The position numbers were made by a program, and so were the translations under genes. The notes beneath the pieces are model-generated. The model was not told the origin of the DNA and did no database searches. It worked only from the letters and a program-made list of their open reading frames with translations. Of a stretch of 57,020 bases of DNA, positions 1-12,128 are shown one piece after another. Location: positions 1 to 57,020 of the forward strand of contig MU006030.1 of assembly GCA_010093745.1 (NCBI GenBank), given 5' to 3'. The first letter of the stretch is position 1. Each line of letters begins with the position of its first letter. The stretch comes from Piedraia hortae CBS 480.64. Taxonomy: Eukaryota.

Positions 1-110
1 GAGACAATGACCCGTCCCAAGGAAAACTTCCTCTATAGAGGTAAAAACCCTGAAAAGTTTCGACTTCTATCTATAATTCTGGTCATGGTGGGTGCCACAT
101 CCTTCTGACA
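1..110 (+). repeat. Left copy of a ~110 bp inverted repeat, cut by the window edge; LTR-like end ...TGACA
   Basis: 1..110 is a near-exact reverse complement of 1237..1347, with a few mismatches near the inner end. The match runs to base 1. Confidence 0.85.
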
Positions 111-1236
111 GGTTACCATTAGACTTCGGCTTTTCTTTTGTTACGAGGGTATCATCTGTAGCGGGCTCGCGTGGGTGAGAGTGCGCAGCGGCCCGTAGAG
201 GACGAAGCGAAAGACGGAAACAGGGACAGGACATATGCAGCTGTATATGAGTCAATACCAGTGTCGATACGGCAGTATAATATGACTATCTATCTCTATG
301 AGGGGACGTCAGAATGAAAATTATGCACCGGTGGACCGGTGACGTCACATCGTACACTAGTAGGGCGCATTCACCATGTCACACATGGCATGGCCCTGAG
401 GGAAAAACTCTGTGAAGGAAAAAACCTAGGATGCAGCTGGTAGTGTAGGAGGTATCGCTGACTTGCCATGCAAGTGCCCCACATACGCGCTAGCGGCGAC
501 GCTTGAATCCAACATCATCAACTCGCGCCGACTTGCCTTTCGCGGCGGATTTCCCATTGCGTTGTGGCTTGTCGCATGCCGCGTGGGTACAATTAGCTTC
601 AGACCCGTGCTTTAGATTGATGGCAGCAGGTACTTATGGCTTTTTCTTTACATAGAGAGGTTTTTTGGCTTCAGCTTCTTGTATGCAGCGCGTGTTCTAT
701 TGGTTTCCGGCTTGGCGTATGCTGCAAGAATACGACTAGCTCTTGACTGCTCATGTGCCAGCAGTGATTGACTCAGGCTGACCCTCTTATTCGGCACAAC
801 TTACACGCTTTCTTCGGAGGCCTCACTGGATCTCGGCGTCCCATCAACTACCGTGGAGCTCTTCGACTTGGCCTGCTAGTTCGCTGCAAAATTCACTTCC
901 TTGTCTCCAGTCTTGGAGCCATCTGGTTGGGAAATGTTGCTTGGCTGTGGCGCGGCACATACATCCCCAAAGGGGCGTGCATGCCTGTCTGTCAGAGACG
1001 GCGATATTGATTTGATAAAGGGGTATTTGCGGTACATCGAGGTGGGTGTTGCGATGGGCCGGAGCTGATCTGGAGGGTCTGTTATAGTTGTCGTACCATC
1101 CACAGATAGGGCTGTTTCTTTTCCGTCACTTTTATATGTTTTTGGTTCCGATGGTGCATCGCCATTGGAGCCCTGGCTCCGTTGGCTTTTGAAGTCCCTA
1201 ATATTCTCATTCCAGGGAGTGATGGTATTTGCCTTG

Positions 1237-1347
1237 TGTCAAAAAGGATGTAGCACCCACCATGACCAGAATTATAGATAGAAGTCGAAACTTTTCAGGG
1301 TTTTTACCTCTATAGAGGAAGTTTTCCTTGGGACGGGTCATTGTCTC
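1237..1347 (-). repeat. Right copy of the inverted repeat (begins TGTCA); may extend beyond 1347
   Basis: tgtcaaaaaggatgtagcacccaccatgaccag...gggtcattgtctc is the reverse complement of window 1..110. Confidence 0.85.
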
Positions 1348-3088
1348 GTTCATGCTTAAGGGCATGATTCGCTGACGTTGTCCTGGCAAATGCGGTTAGA
1401 CTGAGGTAGTGTGGGGAGGTTTTCGTACCTCACCTCATAGAGATACAGAAATCTACATTTTCACTTTTTCAGTCAAAGTTGAGTGAAAACTTTTGTCGTC
1501 GATATCTGCTCCACTTTAGTCCTCGGAGGTTCACCCCTCCTACACATATAGCACTTGCATCGACAGAATTGCACAATGTCGCCATTTGAAGAACCTTCAG
1601 CTTTTCTTTTAAGGCAAAGGATTATCTTCTTTCCCAAAGGCGGCCCATGAAAAGAAAGATGCTTCCATGTAGACGCCATTTGGAAAGTCGACACTCCAAC
1701 TTCGAGATTACGTGATCCACAGTCGAATTATCACCATTTCTTCCAACGCGGTCCAACCTGAGTGGATCCGATTCGGCGCTTTTTTTGTAGCACGCATTGA
1801 CTTTTGTTCAATTTGTTAATAACGATGGTGTCTATTTCGATGAGAGTGTCGAGGCTTTGTATGATTATGAAGGCTGCATTTGAAAAAAGCTCCCCACTTG
1901 TGTTTGAATTCAGGAATATGTTCTCAGCCTTGACAAGTTGGTCTGCCAACACATCTTTCACTTTTTCGACTTGGCACAAGAGAGGCTGCACAGCTCCCAA
2001 ATAATTAACATATATTTGGCGCAAGCTGTCCCGCACAGGCTGCTCGAAAGTCTCACCATCGCGTTGATCGAGCACTGGACTGAGTTCACCTTCTGCCCCT
2101 GATGGCTTTTTAAAGGACAATGCTCGTAATGCATAGGTTAATTCTTCAATGGCCCTGCTCGGGTATCCCTGACGATTGAGGTGGAGGGCCTGAAATGAAG
2201 ACCTTGATGCTGGTGCTTCACTGGCTTTGAGATAGGTTCATTCTTCGCTAGTCATTCTTGTTTGCACCTCTGGTCTGCAACCACGGGGTCGTTTCGGAGT
2301 ACCTGGCCTGGTGCAATTCTCTTTTTTTGTGAGTGAGGTAGCGGAAGAAGACTTTTATATTTTCTTCGTGGGATCATTTCCCTGCTACACAGTTTGGCCG
2401 GCGGATTTGGGTGAAGTATTGAGAAACGACGTATCACTTACCCCCTTAGACTCATCCTTCTCCTGCTCCACAGCCTGGTGGATGATGTGGGACGGCGGAA
2501 TGCTCTCATCTTCAACATAAGCAAGCACATCTTCAACGTAAGCTTGGTGTTCAGCCTTGCCGATGGCGATTACAGAAGCCACTGCTTTTCTGGAAGTGCT
2601 GACTCTATTGGCGTCTTTGATTTTGTTGATTGAGTATACAGCCAACCCCGCAATGTAGTGATGCACTAGTGGACTACTGTGACACTATTGTCTGGACACT
2701 ACTCCGACAGTAGTCTCATTATGAGCTGACAACGACTCCAAGCATAGTGGCTGTTACCGTCAGTTCCAAGGTCAATACATCCTATGCTGTCGTGCGAAGG
2801 TGATTTATAATCTGGGAACTCTACCACATGCCCAAATTATCTCTTAGCCTTACCTTATCCCGTGAAAAAACCTGTGCAAAGACCGCCAACAGGGGTTTTA
2901 TTTGGCTCATTTTCTTTGATCAGACGCTCATTAAAGTAAAGATATGCGGCTACAAAATATTTAACAAGAGCAAGTTGGAGAAGGTTAATTGCCAGCCTAT
3001 GCCGCATTCAGCACATGGGTATTGAGGATCCATTTACGATACTGGGACTCACTGTGCTCCCAGATGTACCCCACTACGTCTTCCCTCT

Positions 3089-4560
3089 TCATGCGGTGTG
3101 CGGTGGCTCTCCAGATCTTTTGCAGCCACTGTTACACAGTTGTTGCACGCTCACGACACATGACAGATCTTGAATGGAACAGGTGCTGTAGTGCTGGCTC
3201 GGAGCGAATATAGGGTATCCTTCCGACGCAATTGGCCTCCCAGCTTCGGTTCGCGGCGTACATTGTTGGAATTCCTCAAGCAGTGCAACCGACACATGAT
3301 GCCAAGAGCTTTGCAAGAAGTAATTCACTCTGAACAAGACGCTTCCATTGTCCACGTGCCTGACAAAAGATCCAACACGGCAGGACAGTGGTCCACTCAG
3401 ACGATGGCATTTCCGATATTTACCGCGTTGCCACGGAACCCCCTAACGCTGACGAAGGAGGGTATGCAGCGCGTCATCGACTACTGAGGTGGGGTCTTGT
3501 CTAGCACTCTACAGGCGCCTTGGTCCTGGTCCGTGGTCGTTTGGCAGTCCCATGAAGCCCTGGACCAGTGGCGTTCTAAAGAGCCTAACAACACATTCGC
3601 CTGCATGAGCCATGTGAGTCCCATTGAGACACCAACAGCCTCCAGCCGCGATGTGTCGCTCGCCAGAGGTGATGGCCCATCTTTCTCCAACATCCATAGA
3701 GATGGCTTGCCGGTTGGTATGTTCCGTGTGCTGTCGAAGGATCTTGTTCGTGCTCTCTTGGGTCTCAGTCATTGAACCTATGACTGGCCCAAATCTCCGA
3801 ATCCACATTGGCACATGGTAAAGGACATGCAATTTCAGCTTTGTGTTGATGTCGTCCAAGCCTCACATCACTTCCCACCTCCTCATCATGTTCTCGGATG
3901 TCTATCGAAAAGTTACTGGCCACAGATCGATGTCGTCGACGTGAATGGCATACAAAAGCTTTGTGAGCTTTGCAGCCGCACAGCACAAGCGCAGCAACTG
4001 CCTAGCTTCGGAATATCGTTCTCTAAATGTAAAGAATGTGGCGAGTGCCATCGGCCAAGAAGAAATGATGGCGTGGTAGTCTCCGCCATTGAACGACGTG
4101 TTCCAAGTTTTCAACCGATGCGCGGAAAACACTCTGATGCCGACGTCCCGACTGACCTCCGCTGCTCTAAAATACAGACCTTCCATTATTGCCTTGATTA
4201 TTGGTTCAGCGATAGTTTGGAGCCACAAAAACTTGACGAATTCCAGAAGAACGCAATGCAGATTGTCAAAAGGAAAATCTTGGTGAGAATCAAATCCTGG
4301 GATGTCGCATAGCGGCGTGAGGGATAGCCTGATGCCCGCTTTCTTCGTCTTTACCTTGCCGTTTGTCCACTCTCCAAATTCCAGTCCATGGTAATAGACG
4401 CCACTCTAGTTGTACCAGGTGTGATGATATCTTGCCAAGATTCCACCTGCGACTTGTCAAAGAGGCAGATCCGGCAAGGAAGCTTGCTGTTTATCATATG
4501 ACTACAGAGGCTGGAGGCCTCGAGGTTGTCAACTTGTCGCATAACTGGGCCACCAACGAG
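3089..4560 (-). mobile_element. Degraded CMC/EnSpm(CACTA)-like fungal transposase pseudogene
   Basis: Collinear minus-strand fragments: LEASSLCSH..SKLPCRIC (4351-4542), FNGGDYHAIISSWP (3902-4228), KLHVLYHVPMWIRRFGP...TETQESTNKILR...TNRQAISMDV (3509-3859). These resemble the K-H-x3-H...IRRFGP..E..E..N signature of fungal EnSpm-like transposases. In-frame stop at 3902-3904 plus frameshifts. Confidence 0.6.
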
Positions 4561-5189
4561 GACTCGATTTGACCTGGCTTCGGGGTTGGCTGTAACAATA
4601 TATTGTCATTACTTTGCTTTGTGGTCTTGGCCTTTCTTGTTCTTTCGGCGTCCTATGGCTGGTAAGATGGGATGAATCTGGGAACGATAGTTGAGCTGGG
4701 AACGTGACTGAGATGCGCAAGTACTAAAACTCCTACGTAGCTTCCTATTTGATATATCGAATCTGCAAGAAGGCACATGCTTGGGTATCAGTCATGCTCA
4801 TGCTGTACAACTTTTCACAGAGAACATCACCTTCGCTACCGCGCCTTCTACACCAATCATCTGATAGTCTATGACACCCACACTCATCATCCTAAGATGA
4901 TCGTGGATGGTTTGAAGCCAGGCCAAGGTAACGTAACAAGAACAGTCTACGCTAAAAGGGAAATATTCAAACTCATCGACCCGGTCACGGAGCATTCATG
5001 TTGGCACAAAATTGTCAGAAGATGTCATGTCATACCGTATCATAATCGCATCGCATTCCGTCCCATGATCAAAGTCAGTTGGGATCTTGACAAAATGGTT
5101 GATGAGGAAAACCGGCTCAAGCGCGCTGCAGCGGCTAAGAAAGATCGAAAGAAGGAAGAATCAAAACAAGGGAAAGAAAATCAGCGCTG

Positions 5190-7060
5190 TCAGTATGTCC
5201 CTCCACCCTTGGCACGTCTTTCGTCTGCGCGAGCAATCTGCCCGGCTTTGACGAGAGGCGCAAGTGTTGCTAGCGGCTCAGCCAGTTGGATGAACTCATG
5301 CTGAATATGTTAGTCATTTTATTTCTGGCTAGTTTAGACTGGGACATACCTTTAGCAAATCATGCGCACTGGCGCGCTTTTCGGGCTCAACTTTCACCGC
5401 AAGATGGAGAAAGTTTTTGAGGGCCTGTGAGTACTCCTTATCGTCTAGAGACGGTGTCCCAACAGTTGCTATAAGGTATAGCGCGCGAAGAGGAGTTTCT
5501 GTTAACCATGGTGGCTCGCCTTCCATCATCTCAATGGTAAGTATGCCAAGCGACCATATGTCGATTTTTCTGCCGTATGGTTGGCGCGTTACGACTTCAG
5601 GTGCCATCCAATAGGGCGTTCCAACCATTGTCATGCGTTTTTGCAAGGATTCGCTGATTTGTGCACAGAAGCCAAAGTCAGTCAACTTGACGTTGCCCTC
5701 AGTGCTGAGCAGGATATTGTCGGATTTGATATCACGGTGTATGACACCTTTAGAGTGGAGAAACTGTAATCCATGGAGCACTTCGCGACACACGGCTGCC
5801 ACCTGACCTTCAGTCATGAAGTTGTATGTGACCACATCCGTAAGGCTGCCTCCTTCCATAAACTCCATTGCTACCCAAAGCTCGCCTTTGAGAATGTAGC
5901 TGTCCATGTAATTGACGACATTCTTATGCTTGCTCTCCTTCATAACCAGGATTTCATTGATGATTAAATCCTTTTTGGGCTGCCGCGCAAGATCCATTTG
6001 CTTGATGGCTACACATTTGCCAGTGGCAACCTCATAGGCCTTGTAAACCCCACCTGACGCGCCCTGGCCGATTTTGACATAGTTGCGATACTTTTTAGTG
6101 GGGTCCACGGGAGTGCAAATTTGATGTAATTTGGCAACAACCTCTTCGTCATTGATCGACTGGCGTTGCCGTCGCGGTCTCGGGGCCGGACCTAGTTTTG
6201 GGTCAAACGGCGCGATTCCAAGCTTACGTGCATCGACAGGAGGCTGCACTTGCCCTTGGCCTGAGACATGAGGCGATGTGCGACTAAGAGGCCCTTGGGC
6301 CGCTCTGACCACCTGTTCTTGTTGCTGCTGATATTGTTGAGGCGAGCCTGCCGTTGGCTTATGATTTTGGCTCCCTGTACTTGCACGACCCCGAGACCGT
6401 TCAGCGCCGGCCCGAGACTGGCTGCTGGTCTCGGCGCGACCTCGGGTGGGCACGGGAGGAGCAGGTCTTAGCGGCACCATTCCGCTCTTCGGAGACCAGC
6501 GCGGAACAACGCCGCTCATTGGTGGGCTGACAGGTGACGTGCCATTGGCCGCCCTGGGCACTGGAGGAGGGGCTCGCGGATTTTCGAAGCTTTCGCCCTC
6601 GTGTTTGGGGAATCGCGGACTGGTGGGAGGGCTGATGATCCCATTTGCAGCTCCAGGAATGGTTAATTGCGGCACAGGTAATGCGCGCGCGTTGTCAAAC
6701 TTGTGATAAGTCCTCTCCTCGACACCTTGTCCAAGACTCTCATCGTAGAAATTGAGGACGTCTATGATGGCCTGAGGATTGTTTTTCCTTTCCTGCTCCG
6801 TGATGCCGCTGCCATTTAATGCTTGCTCCCATTCTTTCGGCAGACCCTGCGACGTCAGCATCGCATTGTAGACGGTCGCGCAAACCTACCGTGAAGCCGC
6901 CCGTCGCCTTATCGTAGCCAACGTGAGTCACATGGACTGGATTTTCAGGCGCGGATATAGGTGGTCGCCGCGACGAAGAAAGGCTAAACAAGTTGGAGAA
7001 GCCGCTCTTCTTCTTCGCACGGGAGTCGTTGCTCTCCTCCAGTCGCGGTTTGACGTCCAT
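5190..7060 (-). CDS. STE20: PAK/Ste20-family Ser/Thr kinase; exons 7060-6890, 6846-5350, 5300-5190 (start codon uncertain)
   Basis: CRIB motif [16 protein letters not shown]; kinase motifs [30 protein letters not shown]. Introns 6847-6889 (GTAGGT..GCTGAC..CAG) and 5301-5349 (GTATGT..ACTAAC..CAG) keep the frame. Last exon [17 protein letters not shown]...TGA. Confidence 0.92.
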
Positions 7061-7556
7061 AGTAAACACGTGAGTGATTCGGGGAGGAATTGATCGCGTC
7101 AAAGTACCAGACGAGGCCCGAACCGCCACTGTTGGCCTGGGGTGTAGGAGAAGGAGGGCCAATGTAGGCAGCTTTTGTTGTCTAGCTGTAATTGGCTGCT
7201 GATTGGCTGGGGCTCAGCTGGCGTCGGGGCTTGTCTAGCCAAGCCTCCGGTCACACCTGCATCGGTGATTTGATTGATTGATAATATCACATTAATTGAC
7301 CTGGTAACAAGCCTGCCTGATCGGGAAATGATTCAACGTTGTCGCGTGACAGCCGTGTATCATTTGAAACCTCGCCGTTTCTGACCTCATAGACGTGCTC
7401 GATGAAACGGCGTCAAACGGTTTTGTACGCTGACAAATTGCATCCTAGTCTTCTCGAGAGTCATTGTCCGGGCATTTAATCAGTTTGGCTTCGGGTACGC
7501 CCAAATTTCATCATAATTCATCTGATTACTTCTTCTCATATCTTTTAACATGGCTA

Positions 7557-7625
7557 CTAGCCACGTTGTTCCCCACCAGCTGCCCAATAGTATTAGGCAG
7601 CTGGTGGGGAACACCACGTGGCTAG
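7557..7625. repeat. 69 bp near-perfect palindrome/hairpin
   Basis: ctagccacgt-tgttccccaccagctgcc-caatagtatta-ggcagctggtggggaaca-cc-acgtggctag: 18 bp perfect stem plus a 10 bp outer stem. Confidence 0.9.
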
Positions 7626-7960
7626 ACTAGAACGAGCATGTGCTGTTACAGTCTAAAGAAACGCCAACTACGCACGTTGAGCCTGGAACGCGTGCTTGCC
7701 CAAACAGTTTAGCCACTGTGCACATGCAGCCAACAGGTTTGACCCATGTCTCTCCTCTCCCACAGAAACGGCCGCTGGAGATCGTGACACACACCTGTGC
7801 AACGTCGCAAACCGTTGGCCAGGCGCCCCGTCCAACCACCGTGCACCTCCCGCGCGGTCGGTTCAATGTCGGTGCCTCATTATGACGTCGATCCGCGTTT
7901 CTAGACACGTTCCAGACAACCAGACGGTTTTTTTTTAGCGGGGTACAGTGTTGTGATGAG

Positions 7961-9229
7961 TCATCCCCAATCTGAGTGTCTTACATGGTGTTTGCCGCCT
8001 AGGACGTAGCATCCGCCGCCTTTGAGACTGCGCGCCATGTAGCAGAGACCCTCGGTTTCCACACCCGTCCAGCCCGTATTGTTCCATGTGGTGCCCACTA
8101 TGTTGAAGTGCGGGAACGTGAGACCTTGTCTAACGAGATCGGCTCGTATGTACAAGATCGTACCCCCCACACTGTCCAGCGGCACGAGTGCGTCGTCCTT
8201 AGTGCCATTGATAACATCCGGCACCATGAGCCGGCTCTCTTCGAGGCTTGTTTGTGCCTTCTCGCGATCTGCATCTGCAATAGGTCCGCGTAGGTACTCG
8301 GGCTCCACATTGACACGCCATGCGTTTTTGTCGTAGTTACGCATCTGGTTCTGATGACAGAGAGCGGTCATTATCCCTGCATTCTCGTGGGACTCTGCTT
8401 GATGAAGCATGGTCTGCACAATGCCGTCCGATAGCTCCACTACATCTGCATCGAGCCAGAGTAGATGCTTCTCGTCTTCCAGAGATGACAGCATCAGTCT
8501 GTTTCTATACCTGGCGAGGGCCGACCTTCGCGCCTGTTGCACAGCAGGATCATGTCGATCAATATATGAAATTCCGGAACTCGGCTCCTGAGCCAAGTGG
8601 ATGGAAACCGTGGCAAAGGGTAACTGGTTAGTTGAGGCCTTTAGCCGCTGGTATTCTTTTGGCGAAGAAGTCAAGAGGGCCAAACCGACCGAGCTCAAGT
8701 CGAGCTTTGTCGAAATAATCACGTCCATAAGATCGTGGCTTGTCCTCTGGGAAGATCGAAAATCACTGCTCCAGGATTTCTCATCCTTGACCAGGACCAA
8801 TATCAACAGCTCAACATCGATACTACCACCGGAACGACGACGGAAGCGTATATTACCGTCCTGGAACCTTTTTTCAACTTCCAGCGATCCATCATTGGTG
8901 ATTGGATGCACGTAGTGATGTGATCGTCCCAGTCCAACACAAGATAAAGGCGTGCGACACGAAAAAGCTGTCTTGCGTGGTTCTAGGGTGATAAATAACA
9001 GCCAAAGGATCAATGACAGTCCAATACAGCTCGCAGCTCTGGTAATGGAGCGTGCCATGGTGACACGTGGCAGTGAAACTCTTCTAGATGGAAGCCAACG
9101 TTCAATAAAGTTTCCTAAACGCCTGGTGACATTCCTGGAGGATGCACGGAACCCGCTCCCGTTCTGCCCGGTAAACAGGAGCCTCGGCCGAAGCTCCGCC
9201 GGCAAAAAGGAATCCCAAGCCTCATGCAT
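7961..9229 (-). CDS. Anp1/Mnn9/Van1-family (GT62) mannosyltransferase, type II membrane protein
   Basis: TM segment CIGLSLILWLLFITL; DxD motif LWLDADV; YDKNAW, LDSVGGTILYIRADL, ETEGLC. ATG 9229 chosen; the frame is open to 9430. Confidence 0.85.
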   Translation of the reverse strand: MHEAWDSFLPAELRPRLLFTGQNGSGFRASSRNVTRRLGNFIERWLPSRRVSLPRVTMARSITRAASCIGLSLILWLLFITLEPRKTAFSCRTPLSCVGLGRSHHYVHPITNDGSLEVEKRFQDGNIRFRRRSGGSIDVELLILVLVKDEKSWSSDFRSSQRTSHDLMDVIISTKLDLSSVGLALLTSSPKEYQRLKASTNQLPFATVSIHLAQEPSSGISYIDRHDPAVQQARRSALARYRNRLMLSSLEDEKHLLWLDADVVELSDGIVQTMLHQAESHENAGIMTALCHQNQMRNYDKNAWRVNVEPEYLRGPIADADREKAQTSLEESRLMVPDVINGTKDDALVPLDSVGGTILYIRADLVRQGLTFPHFNIVGTTWNNTGWTGVETEGLCYMARSLKGGGCYVLGGKHHVRHSDWG

Positions 9230-9479
9230 CGTCGACCCCGCATGGCTGGAAGTCCTCGCCCGGCTTGAGGGCTGATCTAGATCTGGGGCTTGCCTGTAGT
9301 TCCCGAGGGGCTGCAGTCGGGTTCTGGATGTTACATAGGTCTGCATAGGATTGAGCGTGAACCTATGGCGTGGCACGACTTTTGCAGGACACTGTAGCCC
9401 CCATGAAATCCTCTCTAAAATCAGCTTCACATTGCTGAGTGTTCAGCTCTATTCGGAATACCAAGCTCGCTTGCTAGTT

Positions 9480-12128
9480 TTAGTAAATCTCTAGAACATA
9501 CCGCAGGTCTTCTTTAAGCCTCTCCACCTCCTTTTTACCATTCTTCTTCTTCCCTTCTGCTGCTGCTTCGATCTCGACAGCTTCTTCCAGCACAGCCGTG
9601 ACATCTGGTACAGGCCAGGTTGGACCGCAAAGATAGAACGAGCCTTCTTGATGAAAATAGGCTCTTCTGATATCTCCCATTGTTTCCCGCATTCTGTCTT
9701 GGATGTAAATCTTTTGAGGCTGGTCACGCGAAAATGCTTTGCCAATAAGAGTGATGATTCCCGCGTTCTGGTAGGCTTCCCACTCCTCTCCATAGAGATA
9801 TTCTTCCCGTTGATGCCGTGAGCCCATATAAAGGAAGATGTCACCAATCGGCATTCCTTGCTCCCGCTGCCAGGCCCTTTCCTGGACAAAGGCGCGGAAT
9901 GGAGCCAACCCCGTTCCGAGACCTGCCATGATGATTGGATGTGTCGTTTTGGGAGGTAGCTTCATGACAGACGGCTTGACGGAGACGGTGACGGGGTCGC
10001 CAACAGATAAGCTGTTCAAGTAACGCGTAGCCTGGCCAAACCGGTCACGGCCCTTGGGATCATTCCAGTTCACCGTCACAACAAGCAGACTAATGCTGTT
10101 GGGAGTCACCTTTTGCGAAGAAGCAATAGAATACTCCCTCCGTTTCATCGGATTCACAATGCGGACAATGTCCTGGAACCCTGGATGCGCAGATGGGAAT
10201 TCCAACAAAATGTCTGCAAACGTGATTGTGTCAACCTCGGCCCTCCGTTGGAGCTCGAGCTTTGACTCTTGATTGCCACCTGTGCCTAGCATAAGTAGCT
10301 GTGTTCTCTCCTTTTCGTCACTGGCAAACTCTGCGAGTGCCTCGTAAAACCGCTTGGGAGGCCGACCAAAAAGATCCAAGTTTTGCATTAGCGTCTGGTA
10401 GACAGTTCGCTTTTCAAGCACATTTGGGTCGTTACGCGAAGCGACTTCTACAACCTCATCCGGATCAAGTCCGTACCATTGGATAAAGTGCTCGACATCA
10501 ACAGGGTTGTTTTCTGCGTGAATACCGAGTGCTTCGCCAAGCTCATACTTGAGTCCACTGTCTCCCAGATCGAACTCGATGTGAAAGATGTTCCGGTCAT
10601 ATTCCAGAGGGGTTAGGCGTCTGCGCTCCTTGACATGAACTGTGACAGTTTTGACAGAAAGATCTGGCCGCAGACTCGAAGTTGTGTCGTAAGCCTCCTT
10701 GAATGCCAATCCACGTGCTGCAGTGATCCAGCTGCTCATTTCGCTTGCTGGCTCCGGCTCTTCTTCAAGAAAGGATTTGAGATTGTCAATCTCGACGTTT
10801 TCGGCATTCTCGGCTTTTTCAGACTTCGCTGATGCACCGTCATCGGGGCCAATTTCACTCTCAGATGCAGGATCCTCGTTCGCCGCGGAATCAATTTCCT
10901 TGGGCAGAGGCTCAGCCTCACTAGGTTTCCGAACTAGATGACGCATGAGGCCCTCCATTTTGGCTTCTGTCCAGGCTGTTTCTCTCGCATACTTGATCTC
11001 GTACACACTAGGTTCCTTGCCAGAATTCAGCCCTTGAAAGCTGACCGCCGCCATGACATCAACATAAAGATTACTGGTAATGCTGCCATCGGGTACATTG
11101 GACTGGTCTTTGACTTGGCCCAGAACAGTTACGTACTGCACAGTTTGCGGGATAGCCTCGAGGAACTCCTCTTCAACAAATGGACGATAGACGCGGACAT
11201 TGACAACGCCGATGGGAAGACCATCTTGAGCTAGTTTCCTGGCAGCTTGGGCAGCGTAATTACCCTCCGTTGTACCGAAGACTACCAAAATTGCCATTGG
11301 AGATTCGTGGCCGTGGTACTCAAAGCATTTGTACTCGGTGCCCATTTCTGAATTAAAGGACTGCATCAATCTTGACATCTTGCCTTGATAGGTAAGCCGC
11401 TTTGATGAGTAGCTGTCCTTGACGTCTTTTAGGACAGAGTAATAATGACGTTGGAGACTGGATTGGCTCTGTACATCGATTACGTGTGTTATTTCACGAC
11501 CAACGTTGACGCCATCGTAGATGTGCACCGTCGGCAAGAGCGAGGCGAGCAATGTTGATAAGAGGGACATGTGCTGCACCTCCAAAGTGTTCTGGCTGCT
11601 AATCAGGCCCAGGCCAAGATCATCTGCTAGCGAGATTGCCGAGCAGTAGTCTGTGACCAATCCGACTTTGGTCTCGGGCGCATAATCGACAGCAGCCACA
11701 TGGCAAACTGTTGGATTGGCAATCTCATGAAGCAGACTCAACTGATCCAGGACCGGCCGCATATGTTGCAGAGTCGCTGCGCTGGCAATGATACTTTGCG
11801 GGATATGTCGCTTCGTCAAGTCGAAATCTGGACTGAACATGTACCCTAGCACAATGTTTCCCGCTCCAGTCCTTGTAGACATTTGCCGCAGCTCCGTAAC
11901 TTCGCCGCGGGAGTTCTTCTGGTTGGCATCTTTCCATGCTTTTGCCGCAAGATCGAGATCAAAAAACTCGGGAGAGTAAGAAAAGAGCGTTTCCGAGAGG
12001 CCATATGCCACTTGCTGCACCAACACCTGTGCGGTCACATAAGATGGGCCGTAAAAGGATGACATTGACACCTCGTGGCCCTCTGGAAGCGCCGAGGATT
12101 GCGCGGAACCGACCTCGTCTGAAGTCAT
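9480..12128 (-). CDS. MET10: Sulfite reductase [NADPH] flavoprotein (alpha) subunit
   Basis: N-terminal PFOR-like region (VNVRVYRPF); FAD/NADPH motifs RREYSIASS, GLGTGLAPFRAF, YLCGP; C-terminal RYVLEIY. First ATG at 12128. Confidence 0.92.
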   Translation of the reverse strand: MTSDEVGSAQSSALPEGHEVSMSSFYGPSYVTAQVLVQQVAYGLSETLFSYSPEFFDLDLAAKAWKDANQKNSRGEVTELRQMSTRTGAGNIVLGYMFSPDFDLTKRHIPQSIIASAATLQHMRPVLDQLSLLHEIANPTVCHVAAVDYAPETKVGLVTDYCSAISLADDLGLGLISSQNTLEVQHMSLLSTLLASLLPTVHIYDGVNVGREITHVIDVQSQSSLQRHYYSVLKDVKDSYSSKRLTYQGKMSRLMQSFNSEMGTEYKCFEYHGHESPMAILVVFGTTEGNYAAQAARKLAQDGLPIGVVNVRVYRPFVEEEFLEAIPQTVQYVTVLGQVKDQSNVPDGSITSNLYVDVMAAVSFQGLNSGKEPSVYEIKYARETAWTEAKMEGLMRHLVRKPSEAEPLPKEIDSAANEDPASESEIGPDDGASAKSEKAENAENVEIDNLKSFLEEEPEPASEMSSWITAARGLAFKEAYDTTSSLRPDLSVKTVTVHVKERRRLTPLEYDRNIFHIEFDLGDSGLKYELGEALGIHAENNPVDVEHFIQWYGLDPDEVVEVASRNDPNVLEKRTVYQTLMQNLDLFGRPPKRFYEALAEFASDEKERTQLLMLGTGGNQESKLELQRRAEVDTITFADILLEFPSAHPGFQDIVRIVNPMKRREYSIASSQKVTPNSISLLVVTVNWNDPKGRDRFGQATRYLNSLSVGDPVTVSVKPSVMKLPPKTTHPIIMAGLGTGLAPFRAFVQERAWQREQGMPIGDIFLYMGSRHQREEYLYGEEWEAYQNAGIITLIGKAFSRDQPQKIYIQDRMRETMGDIRRAYFHQEGSFYLCGPTWPVPDVTAVLEEAVEIEAAAEGKKKNGKKEVERLKEDLRYVLEIY

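Noticed and set aside
291..1445. 13 bp inverted match tatctctatgagg (291-303) / cctcatagagata (1433-1445) as TIRs
   Set aside because: Short, no clear TSD, and inconsistent with the larger repeat layout.
4777..5304. 175 aa plus-strand ORF
   Set aside because: Overlaps the last STE20 exon and 3' region antisense; no recognisable domain.
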